From assembly GCA_038087875.1 (NCBI GenBank), contig JAXLNO010000385.1, forward strand, positions 434,001 to 498,000: a DNA stretch of 64,000 bases, written 5' to 3'. A model generated the notes under the pieces. The model did no database searches. It was given only the letters and a program-made list of their open reading frames with translations, and was not told the origin of the DNA. Positions 55,653 through 64,000 of the stretch are shown one piece after another. Position 1 is the first letter of the stretch. Each line of letters begins with the position of its first letter. Both the position numbers and the translations under genes were made by a program. The stretch comes from Malacoraja senta (Eukaryota).

Positions 55653-57011
55653 GTGCCTCTGTCCTATCTCGCTCGGTGCCTCTGCCCTCTAACTCTGTGC
55701 ATCTGCCCTATCTCTATAAGCCTCTGCTCTCTCTTTCTCTGTGCCTCTGCCCTCTCTCCACTTGTTCTCCACCTGGGGCGCCGTCGAGTATGGCTGCCCT
55801 GCCAGCAGCTGTTAGTTTTTTCACCCTTTTTTTATTTTTAGTTAGTTGAAAGTGTTTGTTTCTTTTAGTCTTTTTATGTGGGGGTGGGGGGGGGAGGGGG
55901 AAACTATTCTTCTCAGTACCTACCTGGTCGGAGATGCGTTTTTTCTCCGAGCCGTATCTTCGCCCCTTCCTCGCGGCCTACGGGCAGATTGGAGCGGCGT
56001 TTTCCTGCCGCGACCGGCCAGGACTTCAGCTTCGGCGGCGGCACAGCGCTGAAGCACCATCGCGGAGCGGGCGATGCCTTACCCGGGTCGTCGTGCAGTA
56101 AGCTCCGGAGGGCCGTGACCGCCGGCTCCAACATCGCGGAGCTGCGGTCTGCGGTCTGCGTTCTGCGGTCTGCGGTCTGCGGAGCTTCCAGCCGCGGGCG
56201 GCGCTGAACCTTAAACACCACGGAGCCTGGGATCTCACGACGAGGTCGCCAGAGACGGAGCATCGACCAGCACGGCTCGTGGACTTCGGGAGCCGTGCTC
56301 TCTTGGGAGGTAGCGGCCGCTCCAGACACTCCGGGCCGCTGAGAGTGTTCACCCGACGCCGGAGCTTCATCATCCGGCGAGAGGGCCTGAGGCATCGGGC
56401 TGCCGTATCGGCGACTGCAGAGGCCTCAATAGGCCCCGACTATGGGTGAACTGGGGATGGGACTGGACTTTGCTGCCTTCCCCCACAGTGGGAACCATTG
56501 TGGGGGGGTGTTTTTATGTTATTGTTAAATTCTTTAATGTTATCTTTATTTGTGTGCTGCATGGCAAGTCAAATTTCACTACACCCATTGGTGTATGTGA
56601 CAATAAATGTTTATCTATCTATCTATCTCTCTTTGTCTGCCCTCCCTCGCTCCCTCTCTGTGATTCTGCCCTCCCTGTGCCTCTGCCCTCTATGTGCCTG
56701 CCCTCTCTCTGCCTCTGCCCTCTCTCTGCCTCTGCCCTTTCTCTCTCTCTACCCCCTCCCTCTCTATCCGCGCCTGCGAGTTGGGGCAATGCGTGAGTGG
56801 ATAGGGCGTGGGATGGGGTAAATGAGCGAATGAATAATATTAATACAATATCAAGGGGTGGTTAGTGTGTGTGTGGGGGGGGGTGGTTAGTGTGTTTGTG
56901 TGGGGTGGTTGGTGTGTGTGGGGGGCGGTTAGTTTGTGCGTGATGCAGCCGGCCGCCCCCGCCCCTCCACGCGTTGAGGGGACGAGACTCAACGGGTCCC
57001 ACTTGGTCTAG
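55088..57011 (+). mobile_element. Non-autonomous Helitron-like unit lacking its 5' end, with a nested GC-rich retroposon-like insert (~55770-56620)
   Basis: Homologous to 57355 onward; ends gagactcAACgggtcccACTTGGT-CTAG|T; insert ends gtgacaataaatg. Confidence 0.7.
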
Positions 57012-57036
57012 TTACTATTAAAAGTATGATCTTGGA

Positions 57037-57090
<54 letters not shown>

Positions 57091-57091
57091 T

Positions 57092-57138
<47 letters not shown>

Positions 57139-57228
57139 TGTGTGTGTGTGTGTGAGAGAGAGTGTGTGCGTGTGTATGTGTGTGTGTGTGTGTGTGTTTG
57201 TGTGTGTGAGTGTGTGTGCGTAAGAGAG

Positions 57229-57278
<50 letters not shown>

Positions 57279-58114
57279 CGATAGTGCGTTTGTGTATTAT
57301 CACATTTTCGCGAAAAAACGACGCGGAAACGCTAAAATCTTTACATATTCCTGTAGACATTTTTCCCGTGGAGTCTAAAATCTACCTTTCTGAAAATACC
57401 TCCCTTTATTTCGCGACTTATTACTGAAAATGTTTAAAAATATGACAAAACTTTCCATTTCAAAACGACTGCCTTTCGCTGATGATCCCACGATGGGTCT
57501 TCTCGCGCCGTTCTTCCACGCGATGCGAGTGACGTCCCCCACCCCGACCCCGCCGTTATTCAATGGACGATGCCGGAGATGACTTCGGTCCCTGGACTGA
57601 AGCCGCCGAATGCGCAATCCTTTGGTCGCCGGCCAGCCTACCTCCGCTCTCTGTCTCTGCCCACCCCCTCCTTCTCTGCCCCCCCGCTCCATCTCTGCCC
57701 CCCCCCCCCATGCTCTGCCTATGCCCTCTGTCTCTGCCCTCTCTGTGCCTCTGCACTCTCTCTGACTCGGCCCTCTCTCTGCCTCTACCCTCTCTCTGCC
57801 TCTGGCTTCTCTCTGCCTCTGCCCACTCTCTGCCTCTGCCCACTCTCTCTTTACCCCCTGCTCTCTCTAGCCGCGCCGGCGAGTTGGAGGCCGAGGCGTG
57901 AGTGGGTGTGGGGGGGGGATTGGGGTAAAAGGAGCGAATGAAAAATATTAATGTAATATCAAGCGGGGTGGTTAATGTGTGTGTATGTGTGTGTGTGGGG
58001 GGGTTAGTGTGTGTGTGTGTGGTGGGTGGTTAGTGTGTGTGTGCCGCAGCAGGCCGCCCCCTGCCGCAACCAGGCGTTGAGAGGTCAGGACCCAACGGGT
58101 CCCACTTGCTCAAG
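57012..58114 (+). mobile_element. Complete non-autonomous Helitron-like unit
   Basis: 5' TACTATTAAAAGTATGATCTTG-(GT)n; 3' hairpin GGACCC-AAC-GGGTCC then ACTTGCT-CAAG|T. Confidence 0.72.
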
Positions 58115-58349
58115 TGAAAGCTTTGAACGTGAATAACTCATAAAATTATAACAACCATTTAAATGTTAAAGATGAGATTTATTCAGTTCAGGTCTTTCTT
58201 GTTGTATCACTTGGTGGCTTCTGCTGTTCACTGCGACTCGATATCGCTTTGCTGTTGATGGAGATAAAGACACACAATTTTAATATAGAGACATTAATAA
58301 ATGGTTAAACTTTTACGTAGAAAATCTGAGAATTTACCTCAGAAGTCAT

Positions 58350-58439
58350 CGTTCAACCAAGGACACGTTTGATAACATTCTTGCTCGATGTTCCATCATT
58401 CAGGAAAACGTTGACATTTTTCCTCACCTTGGCTAAGAG
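58350..58439 (-). pseudogene. C-terminal tip of the Helitron helicase remnant, cut by the gap
   Basis: Reverse complement of ~15350-15437 (NVNVFLNDGTSSKNVIKRVLG). Confidence 0.8.
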
Positions 58440-58639
58440 NNNNNNNNNNNNNNNNNNNNNNNNNNNNNNNNNNNNNNNNNNNNNNNNNNNNNNNNNNNNN
58501 NNNNNNNNNNNNNNNNNNNNNNNNNNNNNNNNNNNNNNNNNNNNNNNNNNNNNNNNNNNNNNNNNNNNNNNNNNNNNNNNNNNNNNNNNNNNNNNNNNNN
58601 NNNNNNNNNNNNNNNNNNNNNNNNNNNNNNNNNNNNNNN
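58440..58639. other. Assembly gap (200 N)
   Basis: Run of exactly 200 N. Confidence 1.
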
Positions 58640-59161
58640 TGGTGGAGGCTGTTAGTATCAATGGAGTTTATGAGGCATTTGTATGGGCATGTGGATATGC
58701 AAAAACCTGAGAGATCTCCATCAATTTGAGTAAGCAGATTACATTAATTTATGTTGACATCATTTTCGACCCAGACTTTGCCTTTCCCTGTGTTGCATAG
58801 AAACATAGAAAATAGGTGCAGGAGGAGGCCATTCGGCCCTTTGAGCCAGCACCGCCATTCATTGTGATCATGGCTGATCATCCCCAATCAATCCCATAGT
58901 TGTACATGTCTATATTCGATACATAAGTACACAAGATATTGTTAAGAAAATAATACCATGGTGCAGAATGCAAATTTGCGTTTATTATTCTTGTGTGCAC
59001 CGCGTTAAATCGAAAAGGTTTTTTTTTTACCCGTTATTGGAGCAAAAAAAGCTGTACAATAAATAAACACAATCATATCAAAAACAAGATCATTTGATCG
59101 AGCAAGAGGGAAGATTGTTAGAATATAGTACTTCGCATTGCAGCGCATTAGCCCCATAGAA

Positions 59162-59495
59162 GGGCGGTCACGGTGGTGCAGCGGTAGAGTTGCTGCCTTA
59201 CAGCGAATGCAGCGCCGGAGACCCGGGTTCGATCCCGACTACGGGTGCTGTCTGTACGGAGTTTGTACGTTCTCCCCGTGACCTGCGTGGGTTTTCTCCG
59301 AGATCTTCGGTATCCTCCCACACTCCAAAGACGTACAGGTTTCTAAGTTAATTGACTTGGTAAAATGTAAAAATGGTCCCTAGTGGGAGTAGAATAGTGT
59401 TAATTTGCGGGGATCGCTGGTCGGCGCCGACCAGGTGGGCCGAAGGGCTTGTTTCTGGGCTGCATCTATAAAACTAAATCTAAATAAAACTAAAG
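59162..59495 (+). mobile_element. tRNA-derived V-SINE (duplicate locus)
   Basis: Same element and same flanks as 26005. Confidence 0.88.
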
Positions 59496-59937
59496 ACCAA
59501 GTCAGCTGTCCACGTTGGGGAAGTGGTGAATCGCGTACTCATGGCTTGTGGAAGGACCGTCAGGAAACATAATAGCAGAGGGGAAATGAGGTTTCTTAGT
59601 GTGGTGGTGGGTTCGTTCAAGCCTCTGTACCTTTAGCCGGACGGGAGCAGCGTGAATGCGTGGATGTTTTTTTTCAATGTCGTCGAATTTGAGGAAGGAT
59701 TTGGTTTTAGCTATTGTACGAAGCTGGAAGAATCCAACTTCTACCACAGCGTTGACTTCCTTGTCAAACTTCAATGCGGAGTCAAATATCACGCCAAGTT
59801 TTTTGACATGCGGTTTGACTAAGGAGGTTAGGCATCCAAGGCTGCCTGCTATCGTTTTGATGGAGTCAGACTTGGTAATCATTGGTAATATTAATTCCAA
59901 GGAACTTGAAGATCGTAACCATTTCTTATTGAGCAGG

Positions 59938-64000
<4,063 letters not shown>

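Larger units (their letters stand above)
56822..58439 (+). repeat. Inverted paralog of 15350-17348
   Basis: Collinear reverse-complement match across two Helitron-like units and the helicase remnant, with shared junctions. Confidence 0.9.

Overview
Repeat-dense vertebrate DNA. The HE1-like V-SINEs, CR1/L2/L1 LINEs and Helitron-like elements suggest a cartilaginous fish (skate/ray-like; inferred). Two 200-N gaps (17354-17553, 58440-58639) split the window into three contigs. The only host genes are two nearly identical, intact two-exon GPR139/GPR142-like class A GPCR genes (324 aa): complement join(6764..7668,9301..9370) and join(20195..20264,21897..22801). They lie divergently in the arms of an ~8 kb inverted duplication (~3986-11957 vs 17554-~25627). 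Further inverted (15350-17348 vs 56822-58439) and direct (25486 onward vs 58640 onward) paralogies point to a large amplicon with one receptor per unit, and predict a third copy inside the second gap. The rest comprises a ~15.8 kb (TATC)n array with hidden higher-order structure (plus a shorter paralog), decayed and non-autonomous Helitron-like elements whose 5' ends abut TATC arrays, MITEs, and a nested Tc1/L1/CR1/L2 stack with a 1746-bp tandem duplication. Repeat boundaries and identities were read by eye and are approximate.
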